Of a stretch of 64,000 nt of DNA, positions 28,577 through 43,053 are shown one piece after another. Origin of the DNA: the human T2T-CHM13v2.0 reference genome, Homo sapiens; assembly GCF_009914755.1 (NCBI RefSeq), contig NC_060931.1, one strand, 5' to 3'. A program made the position numbers and the translations under genes. A model generated the notes under the pieces. The model was not told the origin of the DNA. It was given only the letters and a program-made list of their open reading frames with translations, and ran no database searches. How positions within the stretch are numbered: position 1 is the stretch's first letter; each line of letters opens with the position of its first letter.

Positions 28577-29769
28577 CTTTAAATTTAAACAATATTTTAA
28601 AAGATTTTAAAATAAATGATAATAGAATAGACTAAAAAAATCTTACTAGCAAATTGAAATCTCAATACTCACTGGATGGAACACTGATATACATGACTCA
28701 AAACAGCATCAATTATTTTGGGGATGGCAGTTTCCACATTCCTACTTATATTTTGAATGTAATAAAACTTACAGCAATTTAATTTTGCATATACTGCTCA
28801 TTACTGTATAAGATAGTGTAAAGTTGTACTGGGTAGCAGAGAGCAGCTTAGGATATACAATTTTCTTCTCATAATTCACACAGTTTTCAGAGACTATATT
28901 CTGACAGAGACTGAATGTAGTGAAAACACATCTTTCAATGCTTAATTTCATCTAAAGAAGCTCTGACAAATACATGAATTGAAATTTAGTGTATCAAGTA
29001 GAACACTTAGACAATGGGCATCCAGGGTGTCAGAAGAGGTAGGAAAAGCACCTTCACAGAGTCTTGAGAAATGGGGATGGTCACCAAAATATGGTACAAT
29101 AGGTGATTTGACCATAGTGGGAGTTCTTACAAAATCCTAACAAACTATCACTTATGCATTGGATGTTGCTTAGAATTTCAAGCATATGGAATGCTCAGTC
29201 ACCACAGTGGTTTCCATGCCAGTTCACCGCAGTAGAACAGAGAGAGCATCAGGTACATTTCTAAGGTGTCTGACTCCAAGCCCTGGCTCCTAGACAGCAG
29301 ACCTAAAACTTTTAAATAATTTAAACATTTGCCTCTAACAATAGGCCAAAAATCCACTTTTAAAAACGATTACCCTGACAACTACTAGAATAACCAAAAT
29401 AATTTTTTAAACCAGCCATTTAAGGTAAGCAAAACTTTTAGACATCAATGGAAACTAGAGTTCTCATAATCGACTAGCAAAAATACTCTAAATTTTCATG
29501 AAAGCACGTAATATATAATAGCAAATTTCATGTATTTTTTCTACCTGTCACAAAAAGCTAGTCATTGGCCACCAGTAAGATCTAGAAATCATTTCTTAAA
29601 TCAGAGTGGGGCTTCTGGTGTAGAGCAGGGGTTGGCAAACCATGGCTGTGAGTAAAATCCGTCCTACCTACTCTTCCAACTACCTAGTAGTTTTACTGGA
29701 ATACACACACACATCATTTCTGGATGGTTATTGTCACTTTTTTTAACTTCCAGTATGAAAATGAGGATG

Positions 29770-29773
<4 letters not shown>

Positions 29774-29806
<33 letters not shown>
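29774..29806 (+). repeat. (TG)n microsatellite
   Basis: About 16 TG units, ~70 bp downstream of the exon-20 donor. Confidence 0.95.
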
Positions 29807-29811
<5 letters not shown>

Positions 29812-29878
29812 TTTTCCCAGTTCCTAAGAATTGGGAGTCGCCAAGTGAGTCTTGAAGAAATACTCATCAGCTGCCAAC

Positions 29879-29978
29879 CTCAAGTCTGCATCTTCGTAAT
29901 GTGGATGATTCACAATGGGATGAAGTGTAGACAGCTTGACACTTGCCATTGTAGGCATGGCACCTGCAAAGACAGCAT
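29879..29978 (-). pseudogene. DPY19L2-like exon ~20 (100 bp)
   Basis: poly-T tract, then cag|AT GCT...TTG AG|gttggc; [34 protein letters not shown]. Confidence 0.93.
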
Positions 29979-30304
29979 CTGAAAAAAAAAAAAAGGATAT
30001 ATTCTTCAATTAAATGTTTCAAAGAAAATCAGAAGTTAAACTTACCTCTAATATGTGAACCCAAATTAAGAAGGATGATGCCTATTTACATGATCATGGA
30101 CCTCATTCTTTTTATTAACTCAATAGTTATTCATTATCTACTATAATAATAGCTGACTTTTGTTAAATGCTATCTGGGTGCTAGAAATTGTGCTCCATAT
30201 TTTAACAAGAAATCACTTAATTTTCACAATTCTAAGGGGTAGGTCCTCTGTTCTTACTTTGTAGAATCTACAAACTGAGCATGTGAGGGGTCTGAGTTAT
30301 GCAC

Positions 30305-30440
30305 TCATTAGAATCTAATGCCTGATGGTCTGAGGTGGAACAATTTCATCCAGAAACCACCCCCTACCCCCCAGTTCTGTGGAAAAAAATGGTCTTCCAC
30401 GAAACTAGTCCCTGGTGCCAAAAAGGTTGCAGACTGCTGT
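30305..30440 (+). mobile_element. MER1-type hAT DNA transposon fragment inside a MIR
   Basis: gaatctaatgcctgatg...gtccctggtgccaaaaaggttgcagactgctg. Confidence 0.75.
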
Positions 30441-31082
30441 TGTAGATGATGAAGAGACACAGCCAAGTTAAGTGACTTGTCCAAGACTGCACAGCTAGGA
30501 AGTTCCAGAGCCTGCCCTCTTAGCTGCTTCACTAAAGCTTCCTGCTATGCTAGAGCACCATGCTAACAGCAGGACTACAGACACACATGAAACAAAAAGA
30601 ATGTAAAATGTCACATCTGTTCCAATAATGTGAAATGCCAGGAACTGAGAGACTGCTATGAAGGGCAAGTCTCATGGGACATTTTTTCAAATGACTTTTG
30701 TGGCTGGTGAACTGTGGTCCTGTGGATGTGCCATAAAAAAGGAAAGCATTGTTTTCTTCCCTCAGATCATCTTTCAGTTCTCAGAGTTACCATTTGACTT
30801 GACACCATTTATACATGCCATGAAATCATTTCATTACTTGCTAGTAGTACTTTTTGGAGTAATAACATGTATAAATTTGGTCATAAATAGAGATACATCA
30901 AAATCTATCTGGCTTCCATTTCATCTCTTGAAATACCAGAAGACCAAATGCTTACTTCCTGGTACTTTTGTATAAAAAACAATTACATAATTGTGAAGGT
31001 TACTATCATTTTTAATCAGCACAATAAAATCAGTAATAAAGATAAGACATATTATTCAGATCTACTATAAAAAACTATGTTG

Positions 31083-34000
31083 GAGAGGAGGTGGAGCATG
31101 ATGACCAAGTAGAAGCCTCCACTGTTCATCCTCCCCTCAGGAACACCAAATTTGATAACGATCTACACAAAAAGCACTTTCATAAGAACCAAAAATCAGC
31201 TTAGGTACCAGCTTGGCCTCAGTGGGGAGCAGCACCAAGCAGGCTCTTGTGGTCCCCGATTCCAGGCCTTGGCTCTTGGGTGGCATTTCTGGACCTGCCC
31301 TGGGCTGGAAGAGAGCCCACTGCCCTGAAGGGTGAGTTCCAGGCCTGGCAGCACTCACCACAAGCTGACTGAAAGGTCCTTCAGCCTTAAGTGAATGTTG
31401 GCGGTAGCCAGGCATTACCTCCCACGGGCCTGTGGTAGTGGTGGAAATGAGGAGAGACCACTCTGCCTGGGGAAAGGGGAAGGAAGGGTGGGAAGGACTT
31501 TGTCTGGTGGTTTCAGCACCAGCTCAGCTGCAGTAGAGTAGAGCATCAGGTAGATTTCTAAGGTGTCTGACTCCAGGCCCTGGCTCCTGGACAGCAGCAT
31601 CTCTGGACCTGACTATGACCTGGGGGATCTTGCCACCCTGAAGGGAAGGTCACCAGCCTGGTTTGCTTTGCCACCTGCTGACTGTTGAGCCCTACACCTT
31701 GAGCAAACTTAGGTGGTGGCCAGGCAGTAGTTACAATGAGCTTTGGGTAAGACCCAGTGCTGTGCTAGCTTCAGGTCTGACCCAACACATTCCCAGTAGT
31801 GGTGGCCACAGAGATGCTTATATCACCCCACCCCCAGCTCCAGGTAGCTTAGCACAGAGAAAGAGAGAGAGAGAGACTCCATATGGGAGAGAGTAAGGGA
31901 AGAGAACAAGAGCTTCTGCCTGCTAATCCTGAGAATTCTGGATTTTATCCAAGACCACCAAGGTAGTACCTCTAAGAGTCTGCAATAGCTTCAGCATTAC
32001 TGGGCATGGGGTGCCTCCTAGTGCAGATACAGCCGCCGCGACCAGAAACTTAGATCACAACACCAAAGTCCCTTTGAATACCTGGAAAGCCTTTCCAACA
32101 AGGATGGGTACAAACAAGCCCAGACTGCAAAAACTATAATAAATACCAAACTCTTCAATGCCCAGACACCGACAAACATCCACAAGCATCAAAACCATGC
32201 AGGAAAACATGACCTCACCAAACAAACTAAATAAGGCACTAGGGGGCCAATCCTGGAGAGACAGAGATATGTGGCCTTTCAGACAGAGAATTCAAAATAG
32301 CTGTGCTGAGGAAAGTCAACGAAATTCGAGGTAACACAGAGAAGGAATTAGTAATCTTATCAGATAAAGTTAACAAATAAATCAAAATAATTAAAAAGCA
32401 GAAATTCTGGAGCTGAAAAATGCAACTGACATGCTGAAGAATGTATCAGTCTCTTAATAGCAGAACTGATCAAGCAGAAGAAAGAATTAGTGAGCTTAAA
32501 TTAAAGACAGGCTGCTTGAAAATACACAGAGGAGGTGAAAAAAGAATAAAAAAGAATGAAGCATACTTTCAAGATCTAGAAGTAGCGTTTAAAGGGAAAA
32601 ATCTAAGAGTTATTGGCCTTAAAGAGGAGGTAGAGACAGCAGTAGGAAGTTTATTCAAAAGTACAACAGAACTTCTCAAAGTTAGAGAAAATATCAATAT
32701 TCAAGCACAAGAAGGTTATAGAACATCAAGCAGATTTAACCCGAAGACTAACTCAAGTCATTTAATATCAAACTCCCAAAGATCAAGGATAAAGAAAGGA
32801 TCCTAAAGGCAGCAAGAGAAAAGAAACAAATAACATACAATGGAGATCTAATAGATCTGGCAGCAGACTTTTCAGTGGAAACCTTACAGGCCAGGAAAGC
32901 ATGCCATGACATATTTAAAGTGAAGGAAAAAACCTTTTACCTGAGAGTAGTGTATCCAGAGAAAATGTGCTTCAAACCTAAAGGAGAAGACTTCCCAGTG
33001 AAACAAAAGCTGTGAAATTTCATTCACACCAGACCTATCCTATAAGAAATGCTAAAGGGAGTTCTTCAATCTGAAAGAAAAGGACCTTAATGAGGAAGAA
33101 ATAATCGGAAGGTACAAAACTCACTGGTAATAGTGAGTACACAGAGAAACACAATATTATAGCAGTGTCATTATGGTATATAAACTACTTATATGATAAG
33201 TAGAAAGACAAAAAGATGAACCAATAAAAAATAACTACAACAACTTTTCAAGAGACAGTACAATAAGATATAAATAGAAACAAGAAAAAGGTAAAAAGTC
33301 GGGAGATGAAGTTAAAGTTTAGAATTTTTACTAGCTTTCTTTTGGCTCATTTGTTTATGCAATCAGTGTTGTCATCAGTTTAAAATAATGGGTTATAAGA
33401 TATTATTTGCAAGCCTCATGGCAACCTCAGGTTTAAAACCATACAATTGATGTACAAAAAATAAAAAGCAATAAATTAAAACACACCACCAGAGAAAATC
33501 GCCTTCAATGAAAGAAAAAGAGGAAGGAAGAGAAGACCACAAAACAATGAGAAAACAAATAACGAAATGGCAGGGGCAAGTCCTTAACAATAATAACTCT
33601 GAAGGTAAATGGGCTGAACTCTCCAATCAAAAGACAAAGAGTAGCTGAATAATAAAACAAAACACTAAGAATCTGTTACCTACAAGAAACACACTTTACT
33701 TATAAAGGCAAATATAGACTGAAAACAAAGGGATGGAAAATTATATTCCATGCCGATGGAAACCATAAAAGAGCAGGAATAGCCATACTTGTATCAGACA
33801 CAATAGATTACAAGACAAAAACTATAAAAAGAGACAAAGAAGGTCATTATATAATGATAAAGGGGTTCATTCAGCAAGAGTATATAACAATTGTAAATAT
33901 ATATACACCCAATACTGGAGCACCCGGATACATAAAGCAAATATTATCAGAGCAAAAGAGAGAGACAGATCCCAATACAATAATAGCCTGAGACTTCAAC

Positions 34001-37000
34001 ACCACACCTTCAGCAGTGGACAGGTCATCTAGACAGAAAATCAACAAAGAAACACTGAACTTAATCTGCACTATAGATCAAAAGGACCTAACAGATACTT
34101 ACAGAACATTTCATCCAACATCTACAGAATACACATCCTTCTCCTCAGCACATGGATCATTCCTCAAGGATAGACCACAAAACAAGGATAGGCCACAAAA
34201 CAAGCCTTAAAACATTTTTTAAAAATTGAAACAACATAATGTATCTTCTCTGACCACAATGGAAAAAAAACTAGAAATCAGTAGCAAAAGGAATTTTGGA
34301 AACTCTACAAACATAGAAATTCAAGAATATGCTCCTGAATGACCGGTGGGTTAATAAAGAAATTAAGAAGGAAATTGAAAATGTTCTTGAAACAAATGAT
34401 AATGAAAACACAACACATCAAAACCTATGGGATACAGCGAAAGCAGTATTAAGAGGGAAGTCTGTAGCTGTAAGTGCCCACATCAAAAAAGAAGAAAAAC
34501 CTCAAATTAACAACTCAATGATGCATCTTAAAAAACTAGAAAAGGGCAAACAAAACCCAAAGTTAGTAAGAGAAATGAAATAATAAAGATCAGAGCAGAA
34601 ATAAATGAAATTGCAATGAAGAAAACAGTATAAAAGATCAACTGGTTTTCTGAAAAGATAAAATTAACAAACCTTTAGCCAGACTAAGAAAAAAAGACAG
34701 AAGGCCCAAATAAATAAAATCAGAGATAATAAAAGGAGACATTATAACCAATATTGCAGAAATTAAAGGATCATCAGAGACTACCATGAGCAACTGTATG
34801 CCGATAAATTGGAAAACCTAGAAATGGATAAATCCCTAGATACATAAAACCTACCAAGATTGAACTATATAGAAATCCAAAACCTGAACAGAACAATCAC
34901 AGGTAATGAGATCAAATCTCTAATGAAAAGTCTCTCAGCAAAGAAAAGCCCAGGACCTGATGGCTTCACTGCTGAATTTTATCAAACATTTAAAGAAGAA
35001 CTAATATCAATCCTACTCTAACGATTCCAGGAAATAGAGGAGGAAGGAATACTTCCAAACCCATTGTATGAGACCAATATCACTTTAATACCAAAACCAT
35101 ACAAAGACCCATCAAAAAAAACTACGGGCTAAAATCTCTGATTAATGTTAATGTAAAAATCCTCAACAAAATACTAGCAAACTGAATTCAATAACACATT
35201 AAAAAGATTATTCATCATGACCAAATAGGATTTATCTCAGGGACGCAAAGATGGTTCAACATAGCAAATCAATGTCATATCAACACAAGAGGAAAAATCA
35301 TATGATCATCTCATCTCCATAGATGCAGGAAAATCATTTGGTAAAATTCAACATACCTTCATGATAAAAACCTTCAAATAAACTGGGTATAGAAGGAACA
35401 TTAATCAACATAAAGAAGCTATATACAGCAAATGCACAAGTAGTATCATAGTATCATACTGAGTGAGGAAACACTGAAAGCCTTTCTTCTAAGATCTGGG
35501 ACATGACAAGGATGCTCACTTTTTACCACATTATTCAACATAGTACTGGAAATCCTAACTAGAGCAATCAGACAAGAGAAAGAAATAAAGGGCATCCAAA
35601 TTTGAAAGGAAGAGGCCAAATTATCATTGTTCACAGATGATATGATCTTATATTTAGAAAAACCTAAAGTCTCCACAAAAAAAAAAAACTATTAGAACTG
35701 ATAAATTCAGTAATGTTGTAGGATACAAAATCATACAAAAATCATTAATGTTTCTATATGCCAACAGAGAATAACCTGAGAAAGAAAATTTAAAAAGTAA
35801 TTCCATTTACAGTAGCCACATATAAAATTAAATACCTAGAAATTAACCAAAGAAATGAAAGATCTCTAGAATGAAAGCTATACAAAACTGGAGAAAGAAA
35901 TTGAAGAAGATACAAAAAATGGAAAGCTATTCCATGTTCAAGCATTGGAAGAATCAATATTGTTAAAATGTCCATACTATTCAAAGCAATCTACAGATTC
36001 AATGCAATCCCCATCAAACTACTAATGATATTCCTCACAGAAATAGAAAAAATGATCCTTATGTATTCGAAAACACAAAAGACCTAGAATAGCCAAAGCT
36101 ACCCTGAGCAAGAAGAACATAACTGAAGGAATCACAATACCTGACTTCAAATTATACTACAGAAGTATAGTAACCAAAACATCATGGTACTGCCATAAAA
36201 ACAGACACACAGACCAGTGGAACAGAATGGAGAACCCAGAAAGAAATCCATACATCTACAGTAAACTCATTTTTTACAGCAGTCCCAAAAACATACACTG
36301 GGGAAAGGGCAATCTCTTCAAAAAATGGTGCTGGGAAAACTGAATATCCATATGCAGAAGAATGAATCTACACCCCTATCTCTTGCCATATACAAAACTC
36401 AAATCCAAATGGATTAAAGCCTTAAATCTAAGACCTCAAACTCTGAAATTACTACAAGAAAACTTTGGGGAAACTCTCCAGGACTTTGGTTTGGACAAAG
36501 ATTTCTTGAGTAAATACCTGGGAAGCACAGGCAACCAAAGCAAAAATGAACAAATGGGATGACATCAAGTGTAAAAGCTTCTGCAAAGCAAAGGAAACAA
36601 TCAGCAAAGTGAAGAAACAACCCAAAGAATAAGCGAAAATATTTGCAAACTACCAATCTGACAAGGAATTAATAACCAGAATATATAAGGAGCTCAAACA
36701 ACTCTGTAGGAAAAGAAAATCTAAAAATCTACTTTAAAAATGGGCAAAAGATCTGAATAGCCATTTCTCGAAAGAAAACATACAAGTGGCAAACAGGTAC
36801 ATGAAAAGGTGCTCAACATCACTGATCATCAGAGAAATGCAAATCAAAACTACAGTGAAATAGCATCTCACTCCAGTTAAAATGGCTATTACTCAAAAGG
36901 CAGGCAATAACAAATGGCTGTTATCCAAAAGACAGGAAAAGATGTGGAGAAAAGGGAACTCTCATACACTTTTGGTGAAAATGTAAATTAGTACAACCAC

Positions 37001-37746
37001 TATGTAAAAGAGTTTGGAGGTTCCTCAAAAAACTAAAAATAGAGTTACCACATGATCCAGCAATCCTACTCTTAGATATATACCCCAAAGAAAGGAAATA
37101 AATATTTAGAAGAGGTATGTGCACTCCCATGTTTATTGCAGCACTTCTCACAATAGCCTAGATTTGGAAGCAACCTAAGTGTCCATCAACAGGTGAATGG
37201 ATAAAGAAAATGTGGTACATAGACACAACGCAGTGCTATTCAGCCATAAAAACGAATGAGATCCTTTCATAAAAAAAGAATGAGATCCTATCCATAACAT
37301 GGATGGAACTGGAGGTCATTACATTAATTGAAATAAGCCAGGTACAGAAAGACAAACTTTGCAGGTTCTTATTTGTGGGAGCTAAAAATTAAAAGAGTTG
37401 AACTCATGGAGATCAAGAATACAATGATGGTTACCAGAGGCTGGGAAGGATAGTGAGGGGGTGGAGGGGAAGTGAGGATGGTTAATGTGCACAAACAAAA
37501 TAGAATGGATAAGATGCAGTGTTTGGTAACACAGAAGGGTGACTATAGTCAACAAAATTTTACTGTACATTTAAAAATAACTGAGAGAGTATAACTGGAT
37601 TGTTTGTAACACAAAGGATCAATGCTTCAGGTGATGGATACTCCATTTACCCTGATGTGATTATTACACATTGTATGCCTGTATCAAAATATCCCATCTA
37701 CCCCATAAATATATACACCTGCTCTGTACCCACATAAATTAAAAAC
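31083..37746 (+). mobile_element. Near full-length decayed L1 (L1MA2/L1MA3-like), antisense to the pseudogene in intron ~19
   Basis: 5'UTR, ORF1 remnants (32441..32806), ORF2 EN/RT remnants (34016, 34329, 36362 ORFs) and 3'UTR ending tgtacccacataaattaaaaa; many stops and frameshifts. Confidence 0.92.
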
Positions 37747-37916
37747 TTTAAGAACCCTGAGTGTTTACTTTCCAGTATAACTAAGCATTCTAAATGCAAC
37801 TTTGAATGAAAATTTCTTTATATGCCTCAAATTTGAAAATATGTAAGCTAGTCAAAGAATGTGTATTTATTAATGGAGACTCAATAATTAATGATCACAA
37901 ACTGTTAAGCTAGAGA

Positions 37917-38102
37917 AGTGGTTCTCAGGCAGGCATGATTTTGCTCCCTAGGGAGCAGTGTCAACTTCTGGAGACATTTTTCGACGTCATGCTATGGGGA
38001 GGAGGGAGGAGATGCTGTTGGCATCTTGTAGATAGAGGCCAAGGATTTCTTGTAATACATAGGACAGCCTCAATGCCAACTGTGCTAAGGTTGGGAAATG
38101 CT
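37917..38102. mobile_element. MER20-type DNA transposon fragment
   Basis: agtggttctc...gattttgctccctaggg...tctggagacattttt. Confidence 0.7.
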
Positions 38103-38584
38103 GAGCAAGAAGAATTGAAAGCCCAGGGCCAGGGTCTTCCAAAAAAAAACTAGGCACACCTGTCCAGCAAGAGCTGGACCCACTGAGTTGTCACCTATGG
38201 CAGACGGAGAGGAAGAAATACCCTCCCACTCCACCTTCTGTCTTTTTGGCTGTGAAGTAAATGAGCATAACAAGGAAAAATCAGATATTTTCCTGTCACT
38301 GTATGGAAGTCTCCATTTAGCCTACTACACAGATTAGAAAAAGGTATTCCCCTGACTTGACAGAGCCCCATTATACATGGCTTGATGAGTGGACCACAAG
38401 CTGGATTTAAGCTTTCACTTATCCTCTCAATTGGTCACCTTTGTGCAGTGCACAAACTATACAACTGTATATGGCAGACCTCAATATAAGCACTAGTTCC
38501 ACTAATACTACAAAACTTCATACAGCTTTTAATATGTGGTAACCATGAGATAACTCATAATAAGAGTAATTAAAAGGAGAATAA

Positions 38585-38654
38585 CTAACCTGCACAATGT
38601 GCACATGTATCCTAAAACTTAAAGTATAATAATAAAAAAATAAATAAAATTTAA
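38585..38654 (+). mobile_element. Extremely 5'-truncated L1PA insertion
   Basis: L1PA terminus ctaacctgcacaatgtgcacatgtatcctaaaacttaaagtataat plus A-rich tail; TSD aaaaggagaataa. Confidence 0.85.
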
Positions 38655-39879
38655 AAAAGGAGAATAAGACAGATTGAAAAGAAGATCAAAGAAGAGGCAT
38701 CTAAAAGTGAGACAGGGGTTTGTGGCAGTTATCTTAGAAGGATAAGTTGCCAAATGTAGGCTCTCTGTCAGGAACCCAATACAAACACCAGAACAAAGAA
38801 AGACACAAGAAAAGATTAAAAGGGCAGCTATTTTTAATAGCTTGGGAAAAATGGCTATAACTGGGGAGGGGCAAGGGAGAGTAAAGAAAGGGAGTGATTA
38901 CCTTGAGCTCCTACGTGGAAAAAGTCAGTTGGGGATTACTTTTAAAATTCTAATTAAACTGGCTTGGCAGTTTAATGAGGCACTGTCACCTACACCCTTT
39001 GAAAGCTATAGACCAAATATCTTACTTAAAGCTTATAAAGATTTACCTTAATTAAGGTTAATTAGAAAAAAAGTGGCTATCAAATAAGAAATGAAACAAG
39101 CTCAGGAGTCATAAGAAAATTTAAATAAATCATAGTGAAGAACTTGTGCCAGAGTAAGTTTCCAAATATCAAAAATAATCTTTGATTTACAAATTTAGTT
39201 ACAGAAAATGTTATAGACTTATTCTCTGGAAAAGTATTTAAAAATATCTATCTGCTTGAGGTAGTTCTGAATAAAGACAGGAAGAAAAGAGGGTAAGCTA
39301 AAAAGAAAATTTTAGAGTATTTAAAAGTAGGATGTATACTATCTCTGTGAGATGATTTAGTGAAGAAAATAGAATATCCAAGATTTTAACTCTTCTGCCA
39401 ATGCCCTGTTTTACAGAATTAGAGGAGACAGCACTGATTGCAGTGACAGAAGCGGTGCCAGCTAACTCCCCACCATCAAAAGTATCTTCTGCTGTAGCCT
39501 GGCACAAGGTGTGAAATTTCATTTTTAAAGATTTACTTCTTTGATTTGTCATTGTTATGGTTAAAATGCTATAATGCTGTCTGAGGGTTAAAGGACATAA
39601 CTTGTGAAAAATCATTAATTTCCTGGTGCTAATTTAAATTCTTTGATAATTATCTGGGAGGGGCTTAAAAGGAGTACAAAATTGCCTTTTGGAAGGGTTT
39701 AATTGATTGACATTGCAATAGTCTGCTCAAAGTCTGTGAGAGTATGAATGCCTATTTGTAAATCTGTCATACATACATACACACATATATCAGAAATGAC
39801 AATAATTATATATAGTATACACAAATGTGTCTGTGAGTATGTTTGTATAAAACTAGCATATAACCAAATACCTACACAC

Positions 39880-40054
39880 CTGGTACGGTATTGTATTTGA
39901 TCCACTGTAAAAGTTCTTCCTGAGGCAAATCATTAAATTCTCCTGTTATGCTCCATTGATTACAGAGGTTTGCATAACCTTGTATTGACATCACTGTTAG
40001 AATGCCAAAGATAACATTCTCTCTGCGAACTCTGCGAAAAAGCCAGCCAAAGAG
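39880..40054 (-). pseudogene. DPY19L2-like exon ~19 (175 bp)
   Basis: ttcag|CTC...CCA G|gtgtgt; LFGWLFRRVRRENVIFGILTVMSIQGYANLCNQWSITGEFNDLPQEELLQWIKYNTVP (within ORF 39872..40072). Confidence 0.92.
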
Positions 40055-40662
40055 CTGAAACAAAAGAAACAATTTATTTCTAGTTCTTATATGAAGAGTA
40101 CTGTAGGGTCAACAATAAATTCTCACCTTGTTACTCAAACCAATGTGAATTACCCTTTGATATCAGCACACATGTATACAGAATTATCATCTCCGATTGT
40201 TTCTAAAGCAACAAATATATTGGCATTACAGGGCCCAGGTGAAAACAGAACTTTCTCTCCCCTGGGAAGAATTAAGGAAGATATACCTGATCCTTCTAGT
40301 ACTAATTTACTACTAAGGATTAAAATAAACAAATCACAACTGTGAAACATCTTAGAACTAAATCCTTTCATCCTTGGCTGCCTTTTGTGGACATGGTTAG
40401 TAGACAGGGAAGCCCTATTAGCATGATATATATAGATTCTTCTCAGGAAAACAGGCATTATGATATTTTAAGGCTATACACTCATAATAAAAACTAAGTA
40501 AGGTGTTTGTAGAAGTACCTTAGGCCCAATATTCTAGCAATTTATCTAGTTCTTTTGTATGTTAGATAACAGTGATAGAACCCCAGAATTTCTTATAGAT
40601 TGTTCGAGCCAAACAGAACCATATTAGAGCAATTACTCTGCATCTACTCTGGTATTGGATGA

Positions 40663-41367
<705 letters not shown>

Positions 41368-41623
41368 TAACAGAGGGGAAATGTTTGCCTAATCACTTGT
41401 TATAGAAATATCAATTAAAATCCAGAAATACTTTTCAAAGCCACTTGAAATTGCTTTTCTTGCTTATAGTGAATCACGAAGTAATATTTTAAATCATTTA
41501 ACTTAGTTAAGTTAAAAACACTTAGTGTGTTTATATTTTGAATTAGTCAGCAAAGCCACGGTAACTACTAAGTATAGCTGCTATAGTTTTTATAGTATTG
41601 TTATACAAGAATGAATCCCTTAC

Positions 41624-41743
41624 CCGTCAAGAGCATATCAAGGAAGCCATAACACACATGTGCTGTGTCAAAAACAGCTTTAGCCTCAAAATTAAAATGG
41701 CAAGGGCAGTAAATGCTAACAACTGCAATGTGTGAAAAGCCAG
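41624..41743 (-). pseudogene. DPY19L2-like exon ~18 (120 bp) with premature stop
   Basis: tatag|CTG...TCT TGA CGG|gtaagg; LAFHTLQLLAFTALAILILRLKLFLTQHMCVMASLICS*R. Confidence 0.92.
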
Positions 41744-42164
41744 CTATAAAAACACAAATAAGACAAAATCACATTCTTACTTTTCATATTTTTAAATTAA
41801 TGAAGTACATTAAAACTATATTATTCATTAAGACAAGGATCTTCTAACTTAGTAATAAGCCTATCAGTATTCATTCAACAATAATTTATCAAATGTCTAC
41901 TATGTTCCAGGTACTCTTCAGGGTGCTTCAGATACAGCAGTGAGCAATTTCTGTCCTTGTATTACATTTAACTACATTTAGTAATGAAAGACAGACAATA
42001 CATAGAAATAGCAAATAAATGAATCCATTACATAGTCTACTGTAAGGCAATAAGTGCAGTTGGCAAGAAAATGGAGCAGGCAGAGGAGGCAGGGAGAGGA
42101 GGAGGTGGTTTGAGGAGGCGGAGGACCAACACAGTGGGCCTCACTGTAAAGTGACAAAGTTACT

Positions 42165-42410
42165 AATGAATCCCTGATCCAAAAATCTGAAATCTACAAT
42201 GCTCCAAAATCTGAAACTTTTGAGTACCAATATGATGTTCAAAGGTTATGCTAAAACAAATGCTCATTGAAGCATTTTGGATTTTGGATTTTCAGGTTAG
42301 GGATGCTCAACTAGTAACTACATTGTAAATATTCCAAAATTCAATAAAATCTGAAATCTGAAACGCCTCTAGTCCTAAGCATTTTCGATAAGGGATACTC
42401 AACATGTGTC
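42165..42410. mobile_element. Tigger4/MER46-type DNA transposon fossil
   Basis: atccaaaaatctgaaatc...ggattttcag...taagggatactcaac quasi-palindromic structure. Confidence 0.75.
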
Positions 42411-43028
42411 ATAAACTATCTCTATTAAGTTCAAATTCAGTTACCCACTCCTGTAAATTTGACCTTTACCTCAAGACCCACTTAAAGTTCTATCAAATAG
42501 GAAATATTTCCAGCCCACACTGATCTTTTCCTTATGCCACAAAATAATTTTACACGACATAAAATGTTGTCTTATTTGTCTCCTTTGTAAAATTACACAT
42601 ACCGAAGGGCAGGAACATGACTTTAGTATCTTTTGTATCCTTCAACACTTCTGAGCTTGTCACTGACTGACCAGCAAATCTACGTGGTGGCAGATGGCCA
42701 CCAGTCACAGGGCCAAGGGTGCCTGCCCCAATGGACTGTAGCTGATTAGCTCAGCAGGCTAGAAACCAAATGCTTGTTATTGTTAAATGAATGCAATTTA
42801 ATTTAATTCTGTAGTATAGTCATAAATCAGCCTTCTAGCTTTTAAATCCTTATTACTATTCAAAAGTAAGAGCAGATGAAAGAGTGAGAAGGATCAGCAG
42901 AAATTTATCACCAATGCTGAACAACTCACTACTGATGGTGCATCAGCAGCAAGGTTATACCTTTGTCAATTACCCTCAAACTAGAATTTAATACACAAGT
43001 CTACCAGAGATTAAAATGAAAGCTTTAC

Positions 43029-43053
43029 CTCACTGTGTTCAAGGAGCTGTTTT
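43029..43053 (-). pseudogene. DPY19L2-like micro-exon ~17 (25 bp)
   Basis: ttctag|A AAA CAG CTC CTT GAA CAC AGT GAG|gtaaag; (R)KQLLEHSE, with phases matching both neighbouring exons. Confidence 0.85.

Noticed and set aside
31083-37746. Active full-length L1
   Set aside because: ORF1 and ORF2 are broken into short fragments by many stops and frameshifts.
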